This document shows, in pieces, positions 16,523-17,442 of a stretch of DNA of 17,442 bases (the first letter of the stretch is position 1; the number at the start of each line of letters is the position of its first letter). The notes beneath the pieces were generated by a model. The model saw only the letters and a list, made by a program, of their open reading frames with translations, had not been told where the DNA came from and searched no databases. The position numbers and the translations under genes are program-made. Source of the stretch: Pseudomonadota bacterium (GTDB taxonomy: Bacteria; Bdellovibrionota_C; UBA2361; OMIW01); assembly GCA_900299205.1 (NCBI GenBank), contig OMIW01000087.1, positions 1 through 17,442 on the forward strand, written 5' to 3'.

Positions 16523-17442
16523 ATGATTGGGGGAATATTGGAAGTAAGGCGTAGTCTTGAAAATATCGAGAGAAGAATAGGTTCTATATCTATTTCAATA
16601 ATTCTATTTTTTGTTTTCTTCTTCGTCGTAGACTTTGGTATCGGCCTTTTTCTGGAAAGTAACAAAAAGAAAGAGAATAACTTCCGCATGAGAGCCTACA
16701 TGCAACCTCTTCCTTTTGTAGGATTTGGTGGAACCCGTGAGCCCGCACTTCAGAAAAGATATGGATTAAATCGACTCGGCTATCGTGGGCCCATTCCCCG
16801 GGTACCCAAACCAACATCTGAGTTCCGAGTCGTCGTAATAGGAGGATCCACCGTGATAATGGGGGATCCTAGCATATCGGAGCTGATACAGAGTTATTTC
16901 GAAGAATCGGATTTTCCCCGAGTGAGGACCTACAACTTTGGGGTTGCAGCATCAACTCTTCGGATGGATATCGCACGACTTGTCTTCGAGGTTGGAGAAT
17001 ACCAGCCAGATTTGATCATCTTTTATGGGGGCGGAAATGATATTGGAATGCCATATCAGGGAGACCCAAGACCGGGGTATCCCCCAAACTTTATGGCCTA
17101 TGAGAACAATCCGCTCCTACTCGCAGGAACGGACGATCAGTCCCTCGGCACCCTCTTAAAGCTTGGATTGTTCCACAGTAAGATAATCAGCGAACTGGCG
17201 GGGGATAGGCTTCGGGCATCTTTAGTCCCGCTTCAGCAGATTCGAGACCATGTGGGGTGGAATAAAAATAACTGGAGTAAGAATGTCGCAGAAACATATT
17301 TGCGTGATGTAGCCAAGGCAAATGATATATCTTCGGTGTTCGGTGCCAAGGCCGTTTTTATTTTTCAACCTATTCTCGCATTTAAGAGGCAAAAGGGTAA
17401 GCGAGAAGAGAACCTTATTGACCCATCGTTTGGTGAGCACTC
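16523..17442 (+). CDS. SGNH/GDSL-family hydrolase (esterase/acyl-hydrolase-like), N-terminally membrane anchored and 3'-partial. It runs off the window end and is not in the supplied ORF track because it has no stop.
   Basis: The frame is open from the stop at 16508-16510 to 17442; I checked it codon by codon. The ATG at 16523 gives the N-terminal hydrophobic helix IGSISISIILFFVFFFVVDFGIGLFL. SGNH block I-like RVVVIGGSTVIMGD (nucleophile Ser in G-G-S), block II Gly in YNFGVAAST and block III GGND in LIIFYGGGNDIG are present. Block V (DxxH) would lie beyond the window. Confidence 0.6.
   Translation, partial: MIGGILEVRRSLENIERRIGSISISIILFFVFFFVVDFGIGLFLESNKKKENNFRMRAYMQPLPFVGFGGTREPALQKRYGLNRLGYRGPIPRVPKPTSEFRVVVIGGSTVIMGDPSISELIQSYFEESDFPRVRTYNFGVAASTLRMDIARLVFEVGEYQPDLIIFYGGGNDIGMPYQGDPRPGYPPNFMAYENNPLLLAGTDDQSLGTLLKLGLFHSKIISELAGDRLRASLVPLQQIRDHVGWNKNNWSKNVAETYLRDVAKANDISSVFGAKAVFIFQPILAFKRQKGKREENLIDPSFGEH

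Noticed and set aside
16483-16817. Minus-strand track ORFs 16483-16689 and 16590-16817
   Set aside because: They are antisense to the start of the newly recognised plus-strand SGNH hydrolase ORF, whose frame has a clean signal anchor and conserved catalytic blocks.
1-17442. Search for CRISPR repeats, IS or transposase genes, integrase genes, or tRNA/rRNA genes
   Set aside because: No regularly spaced direct repeats, no DDE-transposase, tyrosine-recombinase or serine-recombinase-like ORFs, and no rRNA or tRNA signatures were found on either strand.

Overview
Bacterial, moderate-GC window with eight co-directional genes, all on the + strand. No rRNA, tRNA, CRISPR array, transposase or integrase was seen. 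In order: (1) an MscS-family mechanosensitive-channel-like membrane protein with an unusual N-terminal coiled-coil region, whose frame is open to the 5' edge; (2) a Hanks-type Ser/Thr protein kinase with a single C-terminal transmembrane tail anchor; (3-6) a four-gene block of secreted or periplasmic proteins with overlapping or abutting starts and stops. This block consists of a signal-peptide protein whose C-terminal domain carries an NlpC/P60- or DUF1175-like Cys/His signature; a 570-aa N-terminally membrane-anchored periplasmic protein; a 1684-aa alpha-2-macroglobulin family protein with an intact GCTEQ thioester motif; and a 709-aa secreted multi-domain protein with a zincin-type HELAH motif, a PBP/beta-lactamase-like SxxK...KTG motif pair and a Cys/His-rich C-terminus. 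(7) A long (695 aa) SPFH/flotillin-family membrane protein with an Ala/Glu/Gln-rich C-terminal coil. (8) After a ~600-bp, visibly AT-rich, hairpin-containing intergenic region, a 3'-truncated membrane-anchored SGNH/GDSL-type hydrolase runs off the window end; it is absent from the supplied ORF track because it has no stop. The main candidate for a new system is the thioester-bearing alpha-2-macroglobulin inside a multi-gene accessory operon of the YfaS/MagD kind, whose partners carry cell-wall-enzyme-like motifs (papain-like, PBP-like). It is flanked by envelope-stress-type genes (MscS, membrane kinase, flotillin, SGNH hydrolase). All functional calls rest on motifs read by eye; no database search was possible.
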